A DNA stretch of 64,000 bases from an uncultured bacterium (GTDB lineage Bacteria > Patescibacteriota > Minisyncoccia > Phycocordibacterales > Phycocordibacteraceae): the NCBI GenBank assembly GCA_947085505.1, contig CAMTWI010000004.1, positions 65,800-129,799 of the forward strand. Direction: 5' to 3'. Position 1 is the stretch's first letter; every line of letters starts with the position of its first letter. The position numbers and the translations under genes were made by a program. Shown piece after piece: positions 18,730 to 28,120 of the stretch. The notes beneath the pieces were generated by a model, which did no database searches, had not been told where the DNA came from, and saw only the letters and a list, made by a program, of their open reading frames with translations.

Positions 18730-18758
18730 CATTATAGAGGTGTCTTGACAGCTTGTCA
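18730..18758 (-). promoter_or_regulatory. consensus sigma-70 promoter TTGACA-N17-TATAAT
   Basis: Minus-strand reading: TTGACA (18758-18753), a 17-nt spacer, then TATAAT (18735-18730). It lies about 70 nt upstream of start codon 18658. The -35 is part of the palindrome CTTGACAGCTTGTCAAG. Confidence 0.65.
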
Positions 18759-18816
18759 AGCTCCTCTGAGTACGTACTTGCTTGCCTAAATGGCGAATGG
18801 CTCGTACGGTACGTAG

Positions 18817-20031
18817 ATGAGACCTATTTCTTTCTCCATTACAGCGAAGCAAGGGAATGCCCGTGTGGGCACTCTTTCAACGCCACATGGCGATATCCAG
18901 ACACCGGCATTCATACCCGTGGGTACAAAAGCAGCTGTCAAAGGAGTGTTGCCTGATCAACTGAAAGCGCTGGGCGCTCAGGCTGTATTAGCGAACACAT
19001 ATCATCTTTACCTTCAACCGGGTGAAGGGGTTGTGAAGGGTGCAGGAGGACTTGGCACATTTATGGGCTTCGACGGGCCCACCATGACCGACTCTGGAGG
19101 GTTTCAAGTGTTCTCCTTGGGGGCAGCGTTCGGCAGAACCATAACGAAGATCGCCAAAGGTGAGGAGAATGAACGTGATCAAGGCGTCGCCGTATTTGAT
19201 GAGGATGTGCAGACGCAGCATGGGCAGCTCGCGGTTATTGATGAGGAGGGTGTGACCTTCACGTCGCACCATGATGGCTCACTTCATCGCTTTACCCCCG
19301 AGCGCTCCATAGAGATTCAGCACGCACTTGGCGCTGATATGTTCTTCGCGTTTGACGAGTGCACCTCGCCAACCGAGCCATACGAGTATCAAAGAGAAGC
19401 AATGCTCCGAACGCATAAATGGGCAGAGCGTTCCTTGAAGGCGCATCGCCAGAATATTGCAGCGAACCGCAAGCAGGGAATATTCGGCATTGTTCAGGGC
19501 GGAAGGTATGAAGATTTGCGCGAAGAGAGCGCGAAGGAAATTGCATCAATGGACTTCGATGGCTTTGGTATCGGCGGATCCTTTAGCAAGGAAGACATGA
19601 TGGGTGCGCTGCAGGCGGCCGTGAAGCATTTGCCAGAGGATAAGCCACGACACTTCTTAGGTATTGGTGAGCCAGGAGATCTTCTTCTTGGTATTCAGGA
19701 GGGCATGGATACGTTTGATTGCGTGGCGGCCACGAGGCTCGGGCGCCACGGGACTATCTATACGAAGCGCGGCCCCGTACATATGAAGAAGGAGCAGTAT
19801 CTCTCTGACTACGGTCCGCTCGATTCGGAGACGATTGTGCCTGGTACCGAGAATTTCTCGCGCGCCTACCTTTCACACCTCATACGTGCGAACGAGATCT
19901 CGGGACAGGTTATAGCGTCTATGCACAATCTTGGGTTTATTCTTCAGTTGGTTGATGGAGCGCGCGAAGCAATAAAAGAGGGGAAATTTGAAGAGTATAA
20001 GGATGCGTTCCTTAATGCGTACTACGCGTAG
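18817..20031 (+). CDS. tgt: tRNA-guanine transglycosylase (queuine tRNA-ribosyltransferase)
   Basis: ARVGTLSTPHGDIQTPAFIPVGT, ANTYHLYLQPG, MTDSGGFQV, FAFDECT, GIVQGG, GFGIGG, FLGIGEPGDL and FSRAYLSHL. Confidence 0.9.
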   Translation: MRPISFSITAKQGNARVGTLSTPHGDIQTPAFIPVGTKAAVKGVLPDQLKALGAQAVLANTYHLYLQPGEGVVKGAGGLGTFMGFDGPTMTDSGGFQVFSLGAAFGRTITKIAKGEENERDQGVAVFDEDVQTQHGQLAVIDEEGVTFTSHHDGSLHRFTPERSIEIQHALGADMFFAFDECTSPTEPYEYQREAMLRTHKWAERSLKAHRQNIAANRKQGIFGIVQGGRYEDLREESAKEIASMDFDGFGIGGSFSKEDMMGALQAAVKHLPEDKPRHFLGIGEPGDLLLGIQEGMDTFDCVAATRLGRHGTIYTKRGPVHMKKEQYLSDYGPLDSETIVPGTENFSRAYLSHLIRANEISGQVIASMHNLGFILQLVDGAREAIKEGKFEEYKDAFLNAYYA

Positions 20032-20076
20032 CCACTTCTTCATTAATTCATTCCGCAACGGTACACTGGCTCTACT

Positions 20077-22137
20077 ATGGCAACGTTTAAGATGCATTCT
20101 CCTTTCCCGCCTGCAGGCGATCAGCCGAAGGCAATCGAAAAGCTAACCGAAGGCGTAAAGAAAGGTATGCGGCACCAGACGCTTCTTGGAGTTACAGGTT
20201 CTGGCAAGACCTATACCATCGCAAATGTGATTCAGAACGTGGGCAAGCCGACTCTTGTTATGGCGCATAACAAGACGCTTGCGGCCCAGCTCGCGCAGGA
20301 GTACCGGGAGTTTTTCCCCGAGAATGCGGTGCATTACTTTGTCTCCTACTACGACTACTACCAACCAGAAGCGTACATTGCGCACTCAGATACCTATATA
20401 GAGAAGGAGGCACAGATTAACGCGGAGATTGATCGGCTTCGCCATGCTGCGACACAGGCACTCCTTACCCGAAAGGACGTGATTATCGTGGCGTCTGTGT
20501 CTGCTATCTATGGTCTCGGTTCGCCCGAGAATTACGAGAAGCGGCACGTAAAGCTTCTTGTTAACGGGGAAGAGAATAGGGCTGCCCTTATTCGAAAGCT
20601 CGTTGGTATCTACTTCGAGCGCACCAACGCAGATCTTGAGCCGGGAAAGATCCGGGCGGTTGGGAACGCTATAGAGCTCATGCCAACCAACGAACGAGTT
20701 GTCTACAGAATTCTTTTTGATGGGGAGATTATCTCTCGTATTGAATGTCTTGATCCGGTCTCCCGGGCACTCACTGGAACTCCTGATTCCCTATTTGTCT
20801 TCCCTGCTAAGCACTTTGTTACGGACGAGGACGGAAGGAATCGTGCGATTGAGAGCATCAAGCTTGAACTCGACGAGCGACTCGAAGTCTTTAAGCGCGA
20901 AGAGAAGGTACTTGAGTACGAGCGCCTGAAGCGCCGCACGCAGCATGACTTGGCGCTGATTCGGGAGATCGGCTATACCAGCGGTATCGAGAACTACTCG
21001 CGCCACTTTGATGGACGCGCTCCAGGAGAAGCCGCACACACCCTGCTTTCCTATTTCCCACATACCAAAGACGGGGAGCCAGACTTTCTTACGGTTATCG
21101 ATGAGTCACATGTAACGGTTACGCAGGTGGGCGGCATGTACGCGGGAGACCGCAGCCGCAAGCAAATGCTCGTTGAGCACGGTTTCCGACTCCCCTCGGC
21201 TTTTGATAACCGTCCGCTCAAGTTTGATGAGTTTGAAGAACGCATTGGCCAGACAATCTACACGTCAGCAACTCCCGGGAAGTACGAGATTGAGCACAGT
21301 GTGCCGCCGGATGGCCAAGTTGCAGAGCAGATCATTCGCCCAACGGGACTTGTTGATCCTGAACTCACCATAAAGCCCATTGTTGAAAGTGGAGAGTATA
21401 AGGGCCAGGTAGCTGACTTCATCGCAGAGGCCGAGATTGTTATTAAGCGTGGAGGCCGGGCACTTGCAACAACGCTTACCAAGCAAATGGCAGAGGATCT
21501 TTCTGAGTTCCTCAAGGAACGCGGCATGAAGGCTGAGTACCTGCATTCAGACGTGAAAACAATTGACCGCATCGATATCCTCACAGCGTTCCGTAAGGGA
21601 ACCTTTGATGTACTTGTTGGCGTTAACTTGCTGCGTGAAGGCCTAGATCTTCCGGAGGTTGAGCTCGTAGGAATTCTTGACGCTGATAAGGAAGGTTTTC
21701 TACGCTCTGAGACCTCGCTCATCCAGACCATAGGACGCGCGGCGCGTAATGTACTCGGTACGGTTATTCTGTACGCCGACGTAATGACGGGTTCCATGGA
21801 GCGTGCGATAGGCGAGACGAATCGTCGTCGGGCTATCCAGGTTGCACACAACAAGAAGCACGGCATCACCCCGATAACCATCAAGAAGGAGATTCGAGAC
21901 ATTGCAGAGAGTATGCGCACCGAGCATCAGAAGACGGTGGTGAGTCTTCTTGAACTTGACGCAAAGCTCTACGCAGAAGACCCTACAGCGTTTATGAAGC
22001 AAAAGCGTCTTCAAATGAGCGAAGCCGTTGAGGCACTTGATTTTGAGACGGCAGCAATCCTTCGCGATGAGATTTACGCCCTTGAAGGGAAAGAGGTTAC
22101 GAAAAAGAAGCCCGCACCAAAAGGACGCCGTCGCTAG
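20077..22137 (+). CDS. uvrB: excinuclease ABC subunit B
   Basis: GDQPKAI, GVTGSGKT, the YYDYYQPEAY beta-hairpin region, helicase motifs and a C-terminal UVR domain (FETAAILRDEIYAL). Confidence 0.95.
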   Translation: MATFKMHSPFPPAGDQPKAIEKLTEGVKKGMRHQTLLGVTGSGKTYTIANVIQNVGKPTLVMAHNKTLAAQLAQEYREFFPENAVHYFVSYYDYYQPEAYIAHSDTYIEKEAQINAEIDRLRHAATQALLTRKDVIIVASVSAIYGLGSPENYEKRHVKLLVNGEENRAALIRKLVGIYFERTNADLEPGKIRAVGNAIELMPTNERVVYRILFDGEIISRIECLDPVSRALTGTPDSLFVFPAKHFVTDEDGRNRAIESIKLELDERLEVFKREEKVLEYERLKRRTQHDLALIREIGYTSGIENYSRHFDGRAPGEAAHTLLSYFPHTKDGEPDFLTVIDESHVTVTQVGGMYAGDRSRKQMLVEHGFRLPSAFDNRPLKFDEFEERIGQTIYTSATPGKYEIEHSVPPDGQVAEQIIRPTGLVDPELTIKPIVESGEYKGQVADFIAEAEIVIKRGGRALATTLTKQMAEDLSEFLKERGMKAEYLHSDVKTIDRIDILTAFRKGTFDVLVGVNLLREGLDLPEVELVGILDADKEGFLRSETSLIQTIGRAARNVLGTVILYADVMTGSMERAIGETNRRRAIQVAHNKKHGITPITIKKEIRDIAESMRTEHQKTVVSLLELDAKLYAEDPTAFMKQKRLQMSEAVEALDFETAAILRDEIYALEGKEVTKKKPAPKGRRR

Positions 22138-22154
22138 CGTGCTACCATTTATCT

Positions 22155-23240
22155 ATGTCGATTAAGTTGTTCATAGCTGCGATCCTTTCAGGGGTATTCG
22201 CAGTTTCGCTTGCGTGTATTGGGGTTGCTGCACTCTTTTTGAAGGACACCATTGGTCCACTATTGGTTGGTATTGAGGAGAACGAGGCGCTTTCAATGCT
22301 AGTTCTCGAGACGTCACTTACGTCCCTCTTCCTCGTTGTCCTGCTTGTTGCTCTGTTGTTCTACGCACTTGGAAAGTACATAGCGCGTCCAATACGTATG
22401 GTTACAACAGCGATGCAGTCTTTTGCACAAACAGGACAGAAACCAGGTCCCCTTACCCTTGGTTGGGCACCGAGCGAAATACGCAGTCTTGCTGAAGAGT
22501 TTACAAAGTTCACAGAGACGGTGGACGAAGTCCATAAGCATGATACGGAGATATCACGCGTGAAGTCTGATTTCATTTCAACGGCTGCCCATCAGTTACG
22601 GACTCCTCTCACAGGCATACGCTGGGCACTTGAGGCTCTTCAGATGGAGCAGCTAACGGAGAATCAGAAGACGCTTGTTACAAATGCAGTGGAGAAGAGC
22701 CATCAACTCGTGGCTGTCGTTGGTACGTTGCTTGATATTTCGAGCATTGAGTCGGGGAAGTATAAGTACGATTTCAAACCCGTGGAAATTGACAAGGTTG
22801 TTAGCGATGTGACCCGAGACTTCGAACCACTTGCAGTGAAATCCAGCGTTTCTCTTTTGTTTGAGAAGACCGGTGAGGAGAGCGCAAAAGTCTTGGTTGA
22901 CCAGGAACGCATCCGTTGGGTACTCAACAATCTCGTTGAGAATGGCATTCGGTACACACCTGCTGGTGGATCGGTTCGTGTGACTACTGAACTTGCTCCT
23001 GGCCGGGTGTATGTGAGGGTGCATGATACGGGTATTGGTATTGCTCAGGAGGATAAGGGAAATATCTTCGAGCGCTTTTACCGTGCGCCGAACGCTATCG
23101 CTAAAGAGAATGGTGGCAATGGCCTCGGGCTTTATATTGCACGCACTATTGCGACTGATCATGGTGGCGACCTCAATTTCGAGACTAATAAGGCTGGTCC
23201 TGGCACCACCTTTACTCTCTCGCTCCCTATTGCAGGCTAG
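22155..23240 (+). CDS. sensor histidine kinase (2 TM, HAMP-like, HisKA, HATPase_c)
   Basis: H-box FISTAAHQLRTPLT, N-box NLVENGIRYT, G1 DTGIGI and G2 GGNGLGLYIA. Confidence 0.85.
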   Translation: MSIKLFIAAILSGVFAVSLACIGVAALFLKDTIGPLLVGIEENEALSMLVLETSLTSLFLVVLLVALLFYALGKYIARPIRMVTTAMQSFAQTGQKPGPLTLGWAPSEIRSLAEEFTKFTETVDEVHKHDTEISRVKSDFISTAAHQLRTPLTGIRWALEALQMEQLTENQKTLVTNAVEKSHQLVAVVGTLLDISSIESGKYKYDFKPVEIDKVVSDVTRDFEPLAVKSSVSLLFEKTGEESAKVLVDQERIRWVLNNLVENGIRYTPAGGSVRVTTELAPGRVYVRVHDTGIGIAQEDKGNIFERFYRAPNAIAKENGGNGLGLYIARTIATDHGGDLNFETNKAGPGTTFTLSLPIAG

Positions 23241-23266
23241 CGGTTACTGGGTGATATACTTTCCCT

Positions 23267-23644
23267 ATGTCTGACACTAAATTCATACTCGTTGTCGAGG
23301 ACGACCCAATTCTTAAGAACCTGCTTGGCCACACGTTGGCCGGGAAGTATCAAACGCTCTACGCTTCCGATGGGAACGAGGCCCTTGCCCTCCTTGAAGC
23401 GAATAAGCCAGTGCTCGTGCTGCTTGATCTCATGCTCCCAACTATGGACGGGTTTGCGGTGTTGCAGTCTATCCGTGCACGTACAGACGAGCTAAAGACC
23501 GTACCAGTTATTGTAGTCTCCAATCTTGGTGCCGAAGCGGACATTACAAAGGCAAAGACACTTGGCGCAAACGACTACCTCATCAAGGCTGAGGTGGCGG
23601 TTGAGGAGATCGTTGCAAAGATCGAAGCGATGCTCGCTGCCTAG
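23267..23644 (+). CDS. single-domain response regulator (receiver only)
   Basis: VVEDD, the phospho-acceptor LLDLMLP, VSNLG and a conserved K in DYLIKA. It is 125 aa with no output domain. TATACT at 23255-23260 lies 6 nt upstream. Confidence 0.85.
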   Translation: MSDTKFILVVEDDPILKNLLGHTLAGKYQTLYASDGNEALALLEANKPVLVLLDLMLPTMDGFAVLQSIRARTDELKTVPVIVVSNLGAEADITKAKTLGANDYLIKAEVAVEEIVAKIEAMLAA

Positions 23645-23687
23645 GGCTTCATCACTCCTTCCCTGTCTGTGCTATATTCATAGCGTA

Positions 23688-23707
23688 CCTGCCCCGTCAC
23701 GGGCAGG
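23688..23707 (+). promoter_or_regulatory. GC-rich hairpin in the uvrA leader
   Basis: CCTGCCC-CGTCAC-GGGCAGG lies 13 nt upstream of ATG 23720 and downstream of TGCTATATT (23670-23678). Confidence 0.35.
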
Positions 23708-23719
23708 GAATTTACGTAC

Positions 23720-26383
23720 ATGGCCAAAGCCAAGAAACACGAACAACACATCGGCGAGGATTGGATCCGCGTGAAGGGTGCGCGTACCCACAACCTTAAG
23801 AACCTCTCTACCGAGTTCCCGCGAGGAGCCATGACGGTTGTAACGGGCCTTTCGGGCTCTGGAAAGTCTTCGTTCGCATTCGATACCATATTCGCAGAAG
23901 GACAGCGTCGCTACGTGGAGTCTCTTTCTGCGTACGCTCGCCAGTTCTTGAACCAAATGCAGAAACCTGATGTAGATGAGATTACGGGTCTTGCGCCAGC
24001 TATTTCCATAGACCAGAAGTCTCGCTCAAATAATCCACGCTCAACGGTTGCGACCGTTACGGAGATTTACGATTATCTTCGCGTTCTGTATGCCCGTGCG
24101 GGCCAGCCATACTGTGTGCATCATGATGTGCCAATCGAGAAGCTCTCAAAGGAAGAGATGATTCGTATGGTGCAAACCAATATTAAGAAGCGCTCGGACG
24201 CGCGAACGAAAGAAGAGGTTATGGGTGTTGCAGTTGATAAGACAGCGATAACCGTCTATGCACCGGTTGTTGTTGGGCGTAAAGGTGAGTACTACCAGCT
24301 CCTCTACGATCTCCTTGGAAAGGGATACGAGAAGGTGCTTATCGATGGCCAGCCACATGCGCTTCGCGAGAAGGTGGTGCTCGATCGTAACAAGCGCCAT
24401 GACATCGATGCCATTGTAGATTCTATCTACGTCTCAGAGTTCGATCGGAACCCGGACGCTGCTCGTGAGCGCCTCTCAGAGGCCCTGGAACTCGCTCTCA
24501 AGGAGAGTGATGGCTTAGTTAAGCTCAAACATGCGGATGGGTCGTTAGAGACCCTCTCAGCACGCTTTATTTGTCCGGTGGACGGAATGTCATTCCCTGA
24601 AGTTGAACCGCGCTTATTCTCATTCAATAGCCCGTATGGTGCATGTTCAAACTGTAACGGTCTTGGTACGAAGTCGTTGTTCTCAGACGAAGTGTGTCCA
24701 GTCTGTGAAGGAAAACGTCTTCGTCCAGAGGCACTTCGTGTCTACCTCTCAACGAAGAAGAAGATGGCGTCGAACCCTGACGAGCTCACGGATGTGGGAA
24801 CCAACATCGTGGACTTCGTAGGGATGTCGATACGCGAGGCAAAGGACTTTATGGATACGCTCGTGCTTTCAGAGATGAAGGCAGAGATTGCATATCCAAT
24901 ACTGCGCGAGATTACGGCACGTCTCGATTTCATGCTGAATGTTGGTCTCGATTACCTCACCTTGAATCGCTCTGCGGCAACACTCTCTGGTGGCGAAGCA
25001 CAGCGTATCCGCCTTGCGAGCCAACTTGGTACTGGACTTGTTGGAGCGCTCTATGTGCTCGACGAGCCAACGATTGGTCTCCATCAGCGCGACAATGACC
25101 GTCTTATCAAGACCCTTTTGAAACTTAAGGAGCTCGGCAACACCATTCTCGTTGTTGAGCACGACGAGGATACAATCTTTGCCTCTGATTACATTCTTGA
25201 TATTGGCCCGGGCGCTGGTGTCCATGGCGGCACCATTGTCGCCGAAGGGTGGCTCGACGATCTTCTCACGGCACCGAAGAACGAGAGCGGTTCTTCTACG
25301 CTTTCATATTTGCGTGAGGAGACGCGCATTGAACTTCCCGAGCAGCGTCGCACGGGCGAGAAGGGTTCAATTAAGATTAAGGGAGCGACACTCCATAATA
25401 TAAAGAATCAGAATGTAGAGGTGCCACTCGGCAAACTCGTGTGTATCACCGGCGTATCGGGTTCTGGAAAGTCAACATTCCTGTACGACATCCTCCATAA
25501 AAACGTAGCGGCGCGCTTTAGTCGCAAGCAGGCACCCGTTGAACATGCAGCGAGTATTACCGGTACCGAGTATCTCGGCCGTGTTGTACTCATCGACCAA
25601 TCTGCTATTGGCCGCACACCACGTTCGAACCCTGCTACCTACACGGGTGCGTTCACCCATATCCGAGACTTGTTTGCTGCTTCAAGTGAGGCGAGAGCAC
25701 GTGGCTGGAAGCCAGGGCGTTTCTCGTTCAACGTTGCCGGCGGACGCTGCGAGGCTTGCCAAGGTAACGGCATGATTGCGGTGGAGATGCACTTCCTGCC
25801 AACGGTATATGTTACCTGCGACGTGTGTAACGGAACTCGCTACATGAAGGAGACTCTTGAAGTTACATACCGCGGAAAGAATATTTATGACGTACTTCAA
25901 ATGACGATTGAAGAGGCGGAAGCATTCTTCAAGGACATTCCCTCTATTAACGACCGTCTCGAGACCCTGAACTCTACTGGTCTCCAATATCTTACGCTCG
26001 GCCAGAGCGCGACAACCCTCTCTGGCGGCGAGGCGCAGCGTGTGAAAATTTCAAGTGAGCTCTATCGTCCTATTACGATGAAGACGCTGTATCTCCTTGA
26101 TGAGCCTACCGTTGGTCTCCATTATGAAGACGTGAGGAAGCTCATTGATATTCTTCAGGAACTGGTACGGCGCGGAAATACGGTTGTTGTTATCGAGCAC
26201 AATCTCGATGTTATTAAGTCTGCAGACCACATCATAGACTTCGGTCCTGAGGGCGGAACCGGGGGCGGCAAGATAATCGCGAAGGGAACTCCTGAAGAGG
26301 TTGCTGAGGTGGAGGGTTCGCACACCGGCGAGTACCTCGCGAAACTTTTGAAGAAACACAAGAAGCCAGTGAAGAAGGGATAG
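23720..26383 (+). CDS. uvrA: excinuclease ABC subunit A
   Basis: Two ABC ATPase modules ([18 protein letters not shown]; LSGGEAQR twice) and zinc modules ([16 protein letters not shown]...CDVCNG). Confidence 0.95.
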   Translation: MAKAKKHEQHIGEDWIRVKGARTHNLKNLSTEFPRGAMTVVTGLSGSGKSSFAFDTIFAEGQRRYVESLSAYARQFLNQMQKPDVDEITGLAPAISIDQKSRSNNPRSTVATVTEIYDYLRVLYARAGQPYCVHHDVPIEKLSKEEMIRMVQTNIKKRSDARTKEEVMGVAVDKTAITVYAPVVVGRKGEYYQLLYDLLGKGYEKVLIDGQPHALREKVVLDRNKRHDIDAIVDSIYVSEFDRNPDAARERLSEALELALKESDGLVKLKHADGSLETLSARFICPVDGMSFPEVEPRLFSFNSPYGACSNCNGLGTKSLFSDEVCPVCEGKRLRPEALRVYLSTKKKMASNPDELTDVGTNIVDFVGMSIREAKDFMDTLVLSEMKAEIAYPILREITARLDFMLNVGLDYLTLNRSAATLSGGEAQRIRLASQLGTGLVGALYVLDEPTIGLHQRDNDRLIKTLLKLKELGNTILVVEHDEDTIFASDYILDIGPGAGVHGGTIVAEGWLDDLLTAPKNESGSSTLSYLREETRIELPEQRRTGEKGSIKIKGATLHNIKNQNVEVPLGKLVCITGVSGSGKSTFLYDILHKNVAARFSRKQAPVEHAASITGTEYLGRVVLIDQSAIGRTPRSNPATYTGAFTHIRDLFAASSEARARGWKPGRFSFNVAGGRCEACQGNGMIAVEMHFLPTVYVTCDVCNGTRYMKETLEVTYRGKNIYDVLQMTIEEAEAFFKDIPSINDRLETLNSTGLQYLTLGQSATTLSGGEAQRVKISSELYRPITMKTLYLLDEPTVGLHYEDVRKLIDILQELVRRGNTVVVIEHNLDVIKSADHIIDFGPEGGTGGGKIIAKGTPEEVAEVEGSHTGEYLAKLLKKHKKPVKKG

Positions 26384-26433
26384 GTGTGTGCTATCCTTAG
26401 GCTTTAGAGCGGCTATTTGAAAGGGAGGGCTCA

Positions 26434-26766
26434 ATGGACCGCAAGGTTTACTTAGACTGCACAAAGCTCGTGCGTGGATCGAGGTGGGGAAAGCGCATGA
26501 TTCCGAGACTGCGCCAATACTGCAGATCTCGGTTCGCTGACTTCGACCTCTACATGTCCGACGAAGATCTCTTTGCGTTCTTGTACGCAAAGTACACGAG
26601 CAACAACATGAATCGTGAGTCGGTGCGACTTCGCACAAGCGCGGAGTACACAAAATGGGTTGCTGGAGAACCAGCACCCGAATACATGTGTTCATGGCTC
26701 CGTGTTGCTTTGAAGGATCGTCTGCACTATGCCGTCCAGCGGTGTCAGACCCCACTTGCAGCGTAA
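26434..26766 (+). CDS. hypothetical protein (orphan, SD-led)
   Basis: 110 aa. Strong SD GGGAGGG at 26423-29, and its own terminator downstream. No recognised motif. Confidence 0.5.
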   Translation: MDRKVYLDCTKLVRGSRWGKRMIPRLRQYCRSRFADFDLYMSDEDLFAFLYAKYTSNNMNRESVRLRTSAEYTKWVAGEPAPEYMCSWLRVALKDRLHYAVQRCQTPLAA

Positions 26767-26770
26767 TGTT

Positions 26771-26795
26771 AAGGGCCCGCTCCGGCGGGCCTTTT
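26771..26795 (+). terminator. intrinsic terminator
   Basis: AAGGGCCCGC-TCCG-GCGGGCCTTTT. Confidence 0.75.
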
Positions 26796-26827
26796 CCAAT
26801 AGCTACATTAGCCGGTAGGATACCTCT

Positions 26828-28084
26828 ATGGAACGCGCAGACCTTACAAAGTTTGAACTCCCGGATTGTCCGGGAGTCTATCTCTTTACCCAAGGCAAGG
26901 GGCGAGCGAAAAAGATTCTCTATGTCGGAAAGGCCACGTCGCTACGCGATAGAGTGCGCTCGTATTTTGATATAGAGCTCATTGCTTCAAGAGGACCGCG
27001 CATTGTTGATATGGTAACCAAGTCCGATGGTATCTCGTACGAAGCAACGCCAACGGTGCTTGAGGCCCTTGTGCGAGAGGCAGCACTCATCCGGAAGCAC
27101 TTGCCGCCCGCAAACTCCATGGGCAAGGATGACAAGACCTTCCTCTATGCCGTTATAACGGACGAAGAGATACCACGTGTGCTTGCTATACGAGGTGCAG
27201 AACTCGATATGAAAGCCAAGAAGGTAATCATAACGGGAGTGAAGTTGAAAGCGATACACGGCCCATTCCCGTCCGGGTACCAGCTTCGCGAGGGCTTGAA
27301 GCTCATACGACGCATCTTCCCGTTCTATGACACACTGAAGCCGGTTGGCGAAGGGAACAAGCACCTGCAAGCCAAGGTAGAGTTCAATCGCCAGATTGGG
27401 CGGTATCCGAAGAATATGAGCCGTTCTGAATATATGCGCTCAATCAGGAACGTGTCGCTATTTCTCTCAGGACGAGTGAAGGCACTCCGTGCGCAACTCA
27501 CGCGCGATATGAAGGCATTCGCTAAAGAAGAACGCTTTGAAGAAGCGGGTATCGTACGGAAGCAGCTTTTTGCACTTGATCACATACAGGACGTGTCGCT
27601 TATCAAAGAGGATCGCGAAGACGATAAAGGTCCACGTATTGAGGCCTATGACACAGCGCATATCTCGGGCACCAATGCGATTGGTGTTATGACGGTTGTG
27701 GAGAATGGGGTGCCCGTTAAAAAAGATTACCGGACCTTCAAGATCCAGGGTCTTGGTGGGAAATCCTTGAACGACGACATTGCTTCCTTAAAAGAGATTC
27801 TTTCTCGCAGACTTGGGCACCCTGAGTGGCCGCTTCCAAAGGCGTTTGTTGTTGATGGCGGGAAGACCCATAAGAAGGCGGCCGAGGATGTGCTCAAGGA
27901 AGTGGGTATTGAGCTCCCGGTTGTTGCGGTTGTAAAGGACGAGAAGCACCGGCCGCGTGAGGTACTTGGCGGGATGCGTGCTGGTGTGTCAGACGCTGAT
28001 GCAGTGCTCGTGAATAGCGAAGCCCATCGCTTCGCCCTCTCAAATCATCGCAAGGCACGTACACGGGCGATGCGTAAAATCTAA
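26828..28084 (+). CDS. uvrC: excinuclease ABC subunit C, short form
   Basis: GIY-YIG (PGVYLF...ILYVGKATSLRDRVRSYF), UVR domain (EERFEEAGIVRKQLFALDHI) and an RNase H-like endonuclease domain (IEAYDTAHISG). It is 418 aa and ends before any (HhH)2 domain. Confidence 0.85.
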   Translation: MERADLTKFELPDCPGVYLFTQGKGRAKKILYVGKATSLRDRVRSYFDIELIASRGPRIVDMVTKSDGISYEATPTVLEALVREAALIRKHLPPANSMGKDDKTFLYAVITDEEIPRVLAIRGAELDMKAKKVIITGVKLKAIHGPFPSGYQLREGLKLIRRIFPFYDTLKPVGEGNKHLQAKVEFNRQIGRYPKNMSRSEYMRSIRNVSLFLSGRVKALRAQLTRDMKAFAKEERFEEAGIVRKQLFALDHIQDVSLIKEDREDDKGPRIEAYDTAHISGTNAIGVMTVVENGVPVKKDYRTFKIQGLGGKSLNDDIASLKEILSRRLGHPEWPLPKAFVVDGGKTHKKAAEDVLKEVGIELPVVAVVKDEKHRPREVLGGMRAGVSDADAVLVNSEAHRFALSNHRKARTRAMRKI

Positions 28085-28120
28085 CGCTCTTCTGTTTAGG
28101 TGCTGGTATACTCATGCTAT

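Noticed and set aside
17842-18740. 8-nt direct repeat ATAGAGGT (17842-49 and 18733-40) as a target-site duplication of the high-GC cassette
   Set aside because: An 8-mer match between two ~50-nt flanks is only weakly improbable. The right copy overlaps the -10 box and lies outside the inverted repeat. I mention it in the finding but do not treat it as a TSD.
17912-18748. Several + strand ORFs (120, 77, 67, 143 and 118 aa) inside the high-GC segment
   Set aside because: High G+C suppresses stop codons in all frames. Only the minus-strand 265-aa frame shows G/C-dominated third positions, a signal peptide, an SD and a promoter.
26051-26893. 280-aa minus-strand ORF spanning the uvrA 3' end, the orphan gene and the uvrC start
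   Set aside because: It is antisense to strongly supported genes (uvrA and uvrC motifs). The sequence is low-complexity and Arg/Ser/Cys-rich, with no start signals. It is a shadow ORF.
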